A DNA stretch of 24,578 nucleotides from Candidatus Heimdallarchaeota archaeon. Its GTDB lineage: Archaea > Asgardarchaeota > Heimdallarchaeia > JABLTI01. The stretch covers positions 1-24,578 of the forward strand of contig DXJV01000046.1 in assembly GCA_019056785.1 (NCBI GenBank). The letters are read 5' to 3'. The translations under genes were made by a program, and so were the position numbers. Numbering within the stretch: the first letter of the stretch is position 1; each line of letters starts with the position of its first letter. Below the pieces are notes generated by a model. The model had not been told where the DNA came from, ran no database searches, and worked only from the letters and a program-made list of their open reading frames with translations. Shown one piece after another: positions 1 through 8,859 of this stretch.

Positions 1-116
1 AAATAAATGAGGACAACGCTTTTATCCTCAAGCTTTTGAACCTCCTCTTTCAAAAAGAAGAAGACGATGCCAAGCCTATAGAATCGACAAAAAATGAAAA
101 TAGCACAGAAAAGTAA
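1..116 (+). CDS. 3' end of a gene truncated by the window edge (unknown product)
   Basis: Open frame from nt 3 (INEDNAFILKLLNLLFQKEEDDAKPIESTKNENSTEK) to TAA at 114-116. It reads like a protein C-terminus. Confidence 0.6.
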   Translation, partial: INEDNAFILKLLNLLFQKEEDDAKPIESTKNENSTEK

Positions 117-182
117 TTCTAAAGGAAAGGATTTTTAAATCTAAAAACAATCCTCTCTTTGATAAAATTAGGGAGCTCCAGC

Positions 183-884
183 ATGAAAATACTTGTTCTA
201 GCGCCATGTAGTAAAATAATGAGTAACAAACAAATTCATAATTTAACTTGCAAAGATTTAGACTCTTCCGAAAAAATTGATTACCATTTAAAGACAAGTT
301 CGTTAAAAATTAATGCTCGTGAGCTCTTCCGGGGCGCGGTAAATATTAGTTTAGTTGCTGCTATTGATCAACTGCGGCAATTCTTCGATGTGAGTTATTA
401 CATCGTCTCCTCTGGCTTTGGGCTTTTAAAAGAGCACGACCGTATTCCTCCTTATGACTGTTCGTTCATGGAAATGAATGAGAAAGAAATAATTGCCCGT
501 GCAGAAATGCTGGGCATTCCCAGACAATTCAAAGACATCCTTGCGATAGAACAGCCGGAACTACTTTTCTTAGCATTAAACAAACACTATTTAACTGCCC
601 TGGGTAATTGGGAAGAAATGATTAATTGTGCAACAATTACTTATACGCCGTCCTCATCAAAGTTTGTGATTTCCCTCCCAGAAGAGTATTTGCCCCAAAA
701 AGAAACAATGCATCTGCCTGGCTTTCCCGTTCACAACACGGTCAGTTACCGTGGTGATTTATTACTTATTACGAAGCGCTATCTTGCTAATAGTAAAGAC
801 CCTGAGAAAACCCTTCGAGAGCTTTTTAAAAACCCCGATGAACTACGTTATATTTTGAACTCCATCCGCCAACATGGTTTATAA
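183..884 (+). CDS. DUF6884/YaaA-like protein
   Basis: Motifs ILVLAPCSK, ARELFRG and YYIVSSGFGLL...IPPYD resemble DUF6884/YaaA-type (xCSKxK, AxxLYxG, ILSAxYGL...PYD). The ATG at 183, preceded by GGGAG, is preferred over the TTG at 159. Confidence 0.6.
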   Translation: MKILVLAPCSKIMSNKQIHNLTCKDLDSSEKIDYHLKTSSLKINARELFRGAVNISLVAAIDQLRQFFDVSYYIVSSGFGLLKEHDRIPPYDCSFMEMNEKEIIARAEMLGIPRQFKDILAIEQPELLFLALNKHYLTALGNWEEMINCATITYTPSSSKFVISLPEEYLPQKETMHLPGFPVHNTVSYRGDLLLITKRYLANSKDPEKTLRELFKNPDELRYILNSIRQHGL

Positions 885-890
885 CAAAGC

Positions 891-1757
891 TTATTCATCT
901 CTTAGAAAGTCACAGACCAAATTAGCCACGATTTCTGCCCCTTTTGAATTCAAATGGATTTGATCGGTTAATAAAGAGAAACCAAATTTCTTGGAAATTT
1001 CATCTAGGTCTTGCTTTCTGATATATCGATGGTAAATGGCACGTTCCACTAATCGAATGGAATAATTGAATTTTGATTTGGATGGGTTTTTACGCAGATA
1101 AGCTATCATTTCCTCGTTTACCGGAAGATATGCAACTCCCTCTTCCTTTGCCACTTTTTCGATTATTCTAGAATAGGTAATCGCTTCCTGGAATGCTGGG
1201 TGTTGTTCCTTTTCCCCCAAGATCGGTAAAGAACAAAGAGCAATTTTTGCCTTAGCTGCCTTTTCTTTCAATGTTTTTACAATTCGAGTTAAGTTTTCTT
1301 CATACGATTGTTTTGTTGGTTGTTCTGGCAAGTGGAGCCGTTTCCAGAGCCGTTTATGATGCCTTGTATAAAACTCCCAATTCACATCATTTGTTCCTAT
1401 TAGAATAATTATATAATCTGGTTCCAGATGTTGAATGCTTTCGAGACGGGTTAAAACATGATAACTTAGTTCTGAGTTTATTCCAGCATTGATATATTGA
1501 TATTTTTCTCCCCCCAGTTTTTCCTCGACCTTTTCGATGAAACTTTTACTGACATTTGCTCTTGTCAGACTATCTCCGATAAAAACTACTTTTTTCTTTG
1601 TTGGTGAAAGCAGATTCTTTTCTATCAATATTTCTGGACTAGTTTCTGCAAGAGTATAAATATCCCGAATAATTGTTTTGTAAATAACGATTATTACTAG
1701 CATAACAATTACGAGTGAAAGTCCTGCTACCAGTAGAAAAATATACGTTCCTTTCAT
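891..1757 (-). CDS. Membrane-anchored SGNH/GDSL hydrolase (lipase/esterase)
   Basis: All four SGNH blocks are present (FIGDSLT, NAGINS, LIGTND, DQIHLN), plus an N-terminal hydrophobic helix. Start is ATG 1757 or TTG 1763. Confidence 0.92.
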   Translation of the reverse strand: MKGTYIFLLVAGLSLVIVMLVIIVIYKTIIRDIYTLAETSPEILIEKNLLSPTKKKVVFIGDSLTRANVSKSFIEKVEEKLGGEKYQYINAGINSELSYHVLTRLESIQHLEPDYIIILIGTNDVNWEFYTRHHKRLWKRLHLPEQPTKQSYEENLTRIVKTLKEKAAKAKIALCSLPILGEKEQHPAFQEAITYSRIIEKVAKEEGVAYLPVNEEMIAYLRKNPSKSKFNYSIRLVERAIYHRYIRKQDLDEISKKFGFSLLTDQIHLNSKGAEIVANLVCDFLRDE

Positions 1758-1948
1758 TGTCAATCATGAAACTTTCATTACTTTTTCTAAAACTTTTTCA
1801 TGGATTTAAATCTCATTTGATAATTCCTACAAATTTTTAGCAGCAGACCAAACCGCACAAAAAAGGGTGATTTCAGGATTGATGATTCACTCAAAACAAT
1901 TAAAAAGTCAGATGTTTAATGAATAATAAATCGAAAAAGGTGTTACTT

Positions 1949-3304
1949 TTGAGTTTGGAAAAAGTTTTTGCTAATATTGAAAAACAAAAAGAACAAGCAA
2001 TACAGGAGCTTTCTGATTTTGTTGCCATTCCTTCTGTGTCAGCAAAAAATCAATCTTTAGATGAAGCTGCTGCTTATGCTGCTAAATTACTTAAGCAAAA
2101 TGGCTTTGTAGTCAAACAGTTCGAGACCGGTGGCGGTCCAGTGGTCACAGGATTTATGGATGTTGGTGCCCCGAGAACATTAATGATCTACGACCACGCC
2201 GATGTCCAGCCTGCTGAACCGTTTGATTTGTGGGAGTCTGACCCTTTCAAACTTGATATTCGTGAGGGTCGTCTTTGGGGTCGCGGTGTTGCTGACAATA
2301 AAGGTGAATTTGTCGGCCGGGTAAATGCAATCAAGGCTTATCTTGCTGCCGGCTTACAACTTCCTTGCAACATAAAGTTTGTTGTAGAAACAGAAGAGGA
2401 AAGCAGTAGCAAAAATCTCACCAAATATTTCGACCAGGACAAGAATTTTTTTGATGATGTTGATGGCTGCATTTGGGAGTTTGGCGGAAAGAATCGTGAA
2501 GGCCTTCAAGAATTCGTTCTTGGTGTTAAAGGTATACTCTATGTTCAATTGTCTGTTCAAACAATGACCATCGATTCACATTCTGCTAGTGCAACCCACC
2601 TACCAAATGCTGCTGAACGTTTGATTAATGCTTACAAATTATTGAAAGACTCTTCAGGAAAGATTCTCATTCCACACTTTTATGATGATATTGAGGAAAT
2701 TTCTAACGAAGAACTCGAAGTCATTAAAAAATACAATTTTTATCCGGAGAAAATAAAAGAGCATTTTGGCATTACCACCTTTCGTTATGGCCTAACTGAT
2801 GAGGAGGCGAAAATTGCCTATTTTACCAAGCCTACCTGTAACATTTGTGGCTTCACTGCAGGTTGGCAAGGAGAAGGTGGGAAAACAGTCATTCCCAAAG
2901 AAGCAACCATGAAAATTGATTTCCGACTAGTGAAAAACCAACATCCAACAACCATACAAAAGAATCTTCGCGCATACCTTAATGAGCATGGATTTAAAGA
3001 CGTGCAGATTGATTGGTCCAACGGCTATCCTCCTTCCAAAACAGCTATTAACAGTCCATTTGTTCAGCTTTGTCGAGAAGCTAATTTGCAGGTTTATGGT
3101 CATGAACCGGCAATACAACCAACAAGCGGCGGCTCTGGACCGATGTATCTTTTTGGTGATCACATGCCGGTTGTCTCTTTGGGTTCCGGGCATCCTGATT
3201 CTAATAGCCATGCTCCCAATGAGAACATCTATATTGATGACTTCCTAAATGGCATGAAAATGATTGCAACGATCATTGACCAGTTCAAAAGCTGGCAAAA
3301 ATAG
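1949..3304 (+). CDS. M20/M25/M40 family metallopeptidase (dipeptidase/ArgE-DapE-like)
   Basis: Metal-ligand motifs HADVQP, GRGVADNKG, EEE and HAPNE. Probable start is TTG 1949, after SD AGGTG; the ORF is open from ATG 1919. Confidence 0.92.
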   Translation: MSLEKVFANIEKQKEQAIQELSDFVAIPSVSAKNQSLDEAAAYAAKLLKQNGFVVKQFETGGGPVVTGFMDVGAPRTLMIYDHADVQPAEPFDLWESDPFKLDIREGRLWGRGVADNKGEFVGRVNAIKAYLAAGLQLPCNIKFVVETEEESSSKNLTKYFDQDKNFFDDVDGCIWEFGGKNREGLQEFVLGVKGILYVQLSVQTMTIDSHSASATHLPNAAERLINAYKLLKDSSGKILIPHFYDDIEEISNEELEVIKKYNFYPEKIKEHFGITTFRYGLTDEEAKIAYFTKPTCNICGFTAGWQGEGGKTVIPKEATMKIDFRLVKNQHPTTIQKNLRAYLNEHGFKDVQIDWSNGYPPSKTAINSPFVQLCREANLQVYGHEPAIQPTSGGSGPMYLFGDHMPVVSLGSGHPDSNSHAPNENIYIDDFLNGMKMIATIIDQFKSWQK

Positions 3305-3312
3305 AAGAAAAA

Positions 3313-3339
3313 AAGCTGAGGGATGTTCTTCTTCAGCTT
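3313..3339. terminator. Hairpin between convergent genes, likely bidirectional terminator
   Basis: AAGCTGAGGGA-tgttc-TTCTTCAGCTT forms an 11-bp stem with G-U pairs, with an A-run on the left and a T-rich run on the right. Confidence 0.55.
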
Positions 3340-3341
3340 CT

Positions 3342-3689
3342 TTATTTTTCTAATAAGGGAATCACACAAATGAATTGTACTTGCTCGTTTCCATCGTTTC
3401 GATAGCCATGTTTCTCAAACGGGGGAACGTAAATTGCATTTGTTGCTTTCACGTGTGTTTTTTCTCCATTTCCTGCAATTAGGCCCATTTCTCCTTTCAA
3501 GACGAAAATTTCATGCTCTTCAGGATGGGCATGTGTTCCAATTACCGCTCCCGGTTCGAGTGTGAAGAGTCGCATTGCAAAGTGTGGTGCACCTTGCTCT
3601 TTTGAAATTAACCATTGAATTTTTGTTTTTGTTGAACCGTATGCAATAACATCTTGTGTTTCTATGTCTTCTAATTTTCGAACTAACAT
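3342..3689 (-). CDS. Cupin domain protein
   Basis: Cupin motifs HAHPEEHEIFVLKG and YVPPFEKHGYRN. AGTGA SD-like sequence upstream. Confidence 0.92.
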   Translation of the reverse strand: MLVRKLEDIETQDVIAYGSTKTKIQWLISKEQGAPHFAMRLFTLEPGAVIGTHAHPEEHEIFVLKGEMGLIAGNGEKTHVKATNAIYVPPFEKHGYRNDGNEQVQFICVIPLLEK

Positions 3690-3805
3690 TTTTTTATCAC
3701 TTCATTTTTTCTAACTACTTTTTCTTTTTAAATATTTCACGAACGAACAATTCAGTAAATTAAAAAGAAAAAAGAGAGAATGGAAGAGTTTAGATAGTGT
3801 AAACT

Positions 3806-5944
3806 CTACCCAGCAATAAATGCCAGGAGTCCTGCTCCGTTGTTTATGAGAATGAGCAATCCTAGAAAGATTGTTGCTGTGAGCACCATCACAACAAGGA
3901 GGGTATTAATACTTGGACCGGCGGTATCTTTGAAGGGGTCACCAACAGTGTCTCCTGTGATGGCTGCTTTATGAACATTTGTGCCTTTTCCTCCAAGATT
4001 GCCATCTTCAATCCACTTCTTCGCGTTGTCCCATGCCCCACCAGCATTTGACATGAAAATAGCAAAGACAAAACCTGACAGAATTGCCCCGGCAAGGAAT
4101 GCTCCCAGCGCTGCAACTCCGAAAAGAATGCCGATCAAAAGTGGCATTGCTATTGAAATGATGCTTGGTAGGACAAGCTCACGAAGGGCTCCTTTTGTGG
4201 CGATTTCTATAGTTCGTTTAAAATTCGGTGGTTCTGTTCCTTCGAGGATCTTGGGGTTGCTTTCAAATTGATCTCGTATTTCATCAACCATCTTTGCTGC
4301 ATTTCGTTGGACTGAGAGAATCAGCAAAGAGGAAAAGAGTACTGGTACCACTACTCCTAGAAATGCTCCGATAAGGACATTGATATTTAGCAAGTCTATC
4401 TCGAGCGGAATTCCCGCATCTTCTACGAAAGAGAAGAGGAGAGCAAAAACAGCCAAATTCGCTGCACCAATGGCAAAACCTTTGGTAATTGCTTTTGCGG
4501 TATTTCCTGCAGAATCAAGTTTATCAGCTGTCCTTATAACTTCTTCACCCAAGCCGCCTTGCTCTGCTATTGCACGGGCATTGTCAACAATGGGGCCATA
4601 GGCATCATTTGAAACGATTGTTCCTACAATTGCCAGCATTCCCACAGCCGCCATAGCGATACCATACACCTTATCCAGATAGTAAGAGATGGCCATTGCA
4701 ATAGCTATACCGATTGCTGGAGGAACGACACTTAACATTCCATAGGAGAATCCTGAAAGGATGACTACTGCATCTCCTTCTTGGGCTGCATGGGCAATGT
4801 CCCTTGTTGGTTTTTTATCATCTCGAGTAAACCAATCGCTTGTCCAACCGATGAGTATTCCCGAAAGCAAACCAACAACAACGCAAATGTAATCATACCA
4901 TAACTGCTTAATTTCCGCTGCTGTTAATCCCGGAGTTGTTTTGATAAGTACCCAAACAAAAAGCGCTCCTAAAGCTGCAAAAAGTGCTGTTGCTATATAG
5001 GTTCCTGTATTGAGCAGTTTTCCCGGGTCCTTGGTTTTCAACCATTTTATTAAGAGAATGCCAATAAGTGAGGCGATGAGTCCGACGGCAGAAATAACTA
5101 TCGGATAGATTACAAATGTTCCACGAACTGCATCTGTTGCACCTGCCATAAGCACATATCCAAGAATCATCGCTGCAAGAATCGAAGCAACATAGGAGTC
5201 AAATAAATCTGAACCCATGCCGGCAATATCGCCAACATTATCACCCACATTATCTGCTATTGTTGCTGGATTTCTAACATCATCCTCTGGTAAATGATAT
5301 TCTGCTTTTCCAACAAGGTCCGCTCCGACATCTGCTGTCTTTGTGTAAATCCCGCCACCACACTTCATAAACAATGCAATCGTGCTTGCTCCGAAACTGA
5401 ATCCTAAAACAACATTTGGTGTTTTGAAAATCCAGAAAATGCCTGAAATGCCAATTAATGCAAACCCAACGACGGCGAGCCCCATCACTGCGCCCCCAAA
5501 GAAAGCAACATCAAACCCTTTATCCAAACTTTTGGTGCAGCCAAAAGATGCTCGGGTATTTGCTTTCACACCAACCATCATTCCAAGATATCCTGCAAAC
5601 ATGGAGGCAATTGAGCCTATCAGGTAGGCTATTGCTTGACGCCAGTTGAGGGCATCTCCATTGAACGGTCTTATTAGAATTGGCACTTTTCCACCTGTTA
5701 ATTCCGAAGGGAGGAACAGGAGAATGATCAGGAATAGGATGAGCACAAAAATGGAGAGAATGCGATATTGCACGAACAGAAATTTTTTCGCGCCGTCTTC
5801 GATATATTTTGATACCTCAACCATCCGTTCATTTCCTGGGTCCTCTCGAAAGACGATTAGGCTGAAAATGATTGCCACTATTATTGAAATTACCCCTGCT
5901 ATCAATGCGATTATAATAGTCAAAGGCACATTTGCTAAAACCAT
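3806..5944 (-). CDS. hppA: Membrane-integral pyrophosphatase (H+/Na+-translocating family), K+-independent signature
   Basis: Motifs GGGIYTKTADVGADLVGK, EDDVRNPATIADNVGDNVGD, DAYGPIVDNA, GNTAKAITKG, GGAWDNAKK and GDTVGDPFKDTAGP, with many TM helices. ATG 5944 follows a GGTGA SD. Confidence 0.96.
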   Translation of the reverse strand: MVLANVPLTIIIALIAGVISIIVAIIFSLIVFREDPGNERMVEVSKYIEDGAKKFLFVQYRILSIFVLILFLIILLFLPSELTGGKVPILIRPFNGDALNWRQAIAYLIGSIASMFAGYLGMMVGVKANTRASFGCTKSLDKGFDVAFFGGAVMGLAVVGFALIGISGIFWIFKTPNVVLGFSFGASTIALFMKCGGGIYTKTADVGADLVGKAEYHLPEDDVRNPATIADNVGDNVGDIAGMGSDLFDSYVASILAAMILGYVLMAGATDAVRGTFVIYPIVISAVGLIASLIGILLIKWLKTKDPGKLLNTGTYIATALFAALGALFVWVLIKTTPGLTAAEIKQLWYDYICVVVGLLSGILIGWTSDWFTRDDKKPTRDIAHAAQEGDAVVILSGFSYGMLSVVPPAIGIAIAMAISYYLDKVYGIAMAAVGMLAIVGTIVSNDAYGPIVDNARAIAEQGGLGEEVIRTADKLDSAGNTAKAITKGFAIGAANLAVFALLFSFVEDAGIPLEIDLLNINVLIGAFLGVVVPVLFSSLLILSVQRNAAKMVDEIRDQFESNPKILEGTEPPNFKRTIEIATKGALRELVLPSIISIAMPLLIGILFGVAALGAFLAGAILSGFVFAIFMSNAGGAWDNAKKWIEDGNLGGKGTNVHKAAITGDTVGDPFKDTAGPSINTLLVVMVLTATIFLGLLILINNGAGLLAFIAG

Positions 5945-6137
5945 TTTTTCACCACTCAAATTTCAAAAGTGTAAATGGTGTAGTTTCTTTCTTATTTAAA
6001 AGTTGCTTGCATAACTAATTTTTCGTTGGGAATTTTGCCTTTTCTCATGGTAAAAAAAAGACACTTTATGTAATAAAGAATAAAATTAATAATGCTAAGC
6101 CTTTATTTTCCATTGTATTAAATGTGTGGTTTTTTAA

Positions 6138-8222
6138 ATGAGTGAAAAATTTCTTTGGCCGGCGGAATTATCGCAACATTTCCAACGCCTTTCTCCATCA
6201 CAGCGAGAGCAGCTAAATTTACGCCTGTTTGAAATGAGAGAAAAGAATGAACAAGATTATCTTTTAACGTTTATGGCAGCAGTACAAGAATTGGCTGAAC
6301 AAGAAGAGGATTTTCTCAAAGATACTGAATTTAAGTTCTTGCTTGCTCATACGTACTTTTTGAAAGCCGATTACAAACGGCTACTCGAGATTTGTGAGGA
6401 AGACTCAACACACCCTGGCTTACTGAATTTGAAAGCTCTCACTCTCATCAACCAAAAAAAATTCGAAGAAGTAGAGTCCTTGCTACAACAGGCTGAGGAA
6501 GCAGCCACGAAAACTGATCCCTACAACAAGCTTTTTTCCCATGCCAATAGAATGCTTTGCTATTATTATTCCCAACAATTTGAAAAACTCATTTCTGAGC
6601 AGAAAAACTTTGATGATCTTTATCTGCAACTCAAAAACAACTTCTCTGAGGAGAAAGATCTCCTTTTAGCACTAACTGATTTACATGTTTTAGGCAGTTC
6701 AGTCATGATAAATTATTTCCGGCGAGAAGGGCGTATCGAGGAGAGCATTGCCCTGGGAGAAAAACTCATCTCCCTCCTTCTTGAGAATAATAATCGCTTC
6801 TATTTAAATCGAATTTACAACAACACCGCTTTATGTTATGTTGAAAGTGGACGATTAAAGGAGGGGCTCCAATATCTCGAGAAAGCATTTCAATTCTCGA
6901 CTATTCTCTCAAATGACCTGCGATTGGCTATTGCGGCTAACAACATCGGCTTCATTTACCGGTTTATGGGTAACATTGAGAAAGCCATGCATTACTTCAA
7001 GCTTTCCCTCGAAAAGTCAGAAAAAGCAAATGTTGCCCCCTACATTATCGCTTCGCAAACAAACATTGCTCATCTCTACTTAGATTTTGGGCAGGCAAAT
7101 CTTGCCTTGGAGCAGTCGGAATTAGCTCTGGAGGAACTAGAAAAGAGTGAGGTACCCATCCCCCCTCAAATAACAATTGCCCTCAATTTCTGCAGGGCGG
7201 ACATATTTGAAACGCTGGATAAATTTACCAAAGCAAAGGATATTCTTAACGAAACATCTGAAATTATCAATGAAACAAAACTGGCGAAAGAGCAATCGAA
7301 AGTGTTCTTACGTCTTGGTCGTATTGCTGCTCGACAGTCAAATCTGGGCGAAGCCAAACGTTATCTCGAGGAAACCATCCAGACTGCGTTTCAAAACCAG
7401 AATTTTGAAGTTATCGTCAACGCCAAACTCCAATTAGCAGAGATTGATTTGCTTCGCTACCGGATGACTGGCGATGATAAACTGCTTATGGATACTCTCG
7501 AGAAGCTAGAAGATATTAAGAAGCTCTGTCTGGAACAAGATTACAAATTAATTTTAATTGACGTTTACATTTTGCAAAGCTTGCTGCTAACCTTAAAGAA
7601 TAAGAAACGGCAAGCCAAGAAAATACTCGAGTCAGCCATTCAATTGGCCGGCGAATTGGGTGTAAAAGAGAAGGAAGCTGAAGCAAGGAGCCAGCTTAAA
7701 GAAATCGAGCGCGAGAAAAAGAATGTTCTTGTGCGGATATTTACCCGGATCAATCAATCTATCCGCTCGACCATTGCTTTTGAGAGTATCACAAAACCCA
7801 AAGAAGTGAAATCAAAAGTTAAAGCACTCTTTATTATCATCAAGAATAGCGGCTTACCCTTGTTTCAAAAGCATTTTGCAACAGAGGAAGAAGGCGAAAA
7901 CATCGACCCGAACTTACTATCAGGACTTTTATCTGCCATTCAAACGATTGGTCAAACGATCTTAAACGCCCCAAGTGAGGATGGACAGTTAAAACTCATC
8001 GACCATGGCAATATTTCCATTATGCTTGAATCAAATGAGAAATGCCTTATTGCATTAATTGTTTCTCGGGAAACATATCTCCTTCGAGAAAAATTGCGGG
8101 AGTTCTCGAAAAAACTCCTCAATGAACCCTTCTATCAAAAAGTCGATTATTCCATCATTAAAAAAGACGACGTTCGAGACAAGTTAATTGAGAAGCTCAT
8201 CCAAGAAACCATTCTCAGTTAA
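6138..8222 (+). CDS. TPR-repeat protein with C-terminal longin-like domain
   Basis: TPR-like repeats (e.g. YNNTALCYVESGRLKEGLQYLEKA, NNIGFIYRFMGNIEKAMHYFKLS). The C-terminal ~135 aa carry LFIIIKNSGLPLF...LLSGLLSAI...IDHGNISIMLE, a pattern typical of Asgard longin domains. Confidence 0.82.
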   Translation: MSEKFLWPAELSQHFQRLSPSQREQLNLRLFEMREKNEQDYLLTFMAAVQELAEQEEDFLKDTEFKFLLAHTYFLKADYKRLLEICEEDSTHPGLLNLKALTLINQKKFEEVESLLQQAEEAATKTDPYNKLFSHANRMLCYYYSQQFEKLISEQKNFDDLYLQLKNNFSEEKDLLLALTDLHVLGSSVMINYFRREGRIEESIALGEKLISLLLENNNRFYLNRIYNNTALCYVESGRLKEGLQYLEKAFQFSTILSNDLRLAIAANNIGFIYRFMGNIEKAMHYFKLSLEKSEKANVAPYIIASQTNIAHLYLDFGQANLALEQSELALEELEKSEVPIPPQITIALNFCRADIFETLDKFTKAKDILNETSEIINETKLAKEQSKVFLRLGRIAARQSNLGEAKRYLEETIQTAFQNQNFEVIVNAKLQLAEIDLLRYRMTGDDKLLMDTLEKLEDIKKLCLEQDYKLILIDVYILQSLLLTLKNKKRQAKKILESAIQLAGELGVKEKEAEARSQLKEIEREKKNVLVRIFTRINQSIRSTIAFESITKPKEVKSKVKALFIIIKNSGLPLFQKHFATEEEGENIDPNLLSGLLSAIQTIGQTILNAPSEDGQLKLIDHGNISIMLESNEKCLIALIVSRETYLLREKLREFSKKLLNEPFYQKVDYSIIKKDDVRDKLIEKLIQETILS

Positions 8223-8292
8223 TTTTGTTCTTTTCTTTCGGCCAAAAAGATTATCTATTCCAATTCCTTCTATTTTTCTCAGTGATAGAGAA

Positions 8293-8853
8293 ATGAAAGT
8301 TGAAGTTGAACCTCAAGCAGCAGCTTACCCTGCTCCGGCGGCTCTTGTTACCGCCTTTAAACCAGACGGCTCTGCCAATGCCATGACTGCAGCATGGATT
8401 GCTAATATTTGTGCTATTCCCCCTGCTTTGGTGGTTGGAATAAGAGATGTACGCTACACCTGCGAATTAATCGACCAAACAGGCTGTTTTGGTGTCAATA
8501 TTCCAAGTAGCAAGATTGCTCCGGAAATAGATTATTGTGGGCTCGTTTCCGGTAGAGAGCATGACAAAATCAAGGAAACAGGATTGACAATTTTCAAAGG
8601 AAAAGTTGTCGAAGTGCCTTTGATCGAAGAATGCCCCATTAATATTGAGTGTCGGGTTCTTCAAAAAGTAAAAGTAGGAAGCCATTTTGCGTTTTTCGGC
8701 GAGATTTTGAAAGTTTATTACAGCGAAGAAATGATCGGTGAAGATAACAAACCCGACCTCTTACTTGGCGACATCATTGCTTATGGTACGAGAAAATACT
8801 ACCGGCTAAAAGAAGCAATTGGCACCTATGGTTTTTCCAGAAAAGAGGATTAA
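8293..8853 (+). CDS. Flavin reductase family (flavoredoxin-like, FMN-binding split barrel) protein
   Basis: YPAPAALV, NAMTAAW, FGVNIP, DYCGLVSGREHDK, PLIEECPINIEC and GSH..F.GE motifs. ATG 8293 follows AGTGA; the track's 8188 start overlaps the upstream gene. Confidence 0.92.
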   Translation: MKVEVEPQAAAYPAPAALVTAFKPDGSANAMTAAWIANICAIPPALVVGIRDVRYTCELIDQTGCFGVNIPSSKIAPEIDYCGLVSGREHDKIKETGLTIFKGKVVEVPLIEECPINIECRVLQKVKVGSHFAFFGEILKVYYSEEMIGEDNKPDLLLGDIIAYGTRKYYRLKEAIGTYGFSRKED

Positions 8854-8859
8854 GAAGGA

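Noticed and set aside
3889-5999. Several short ORFs nested in or antisense to hppA (likewise those inside other long genes)
   Set aside because: Alternative-frame artefacts of a highly conserved gene.
6064-6078. CTTTAT-gta-ATAAAG dyad in the hppA/TPR divergent region
   Set aside because: 6-bp arms in very AT-rich DNA are expected by chance.
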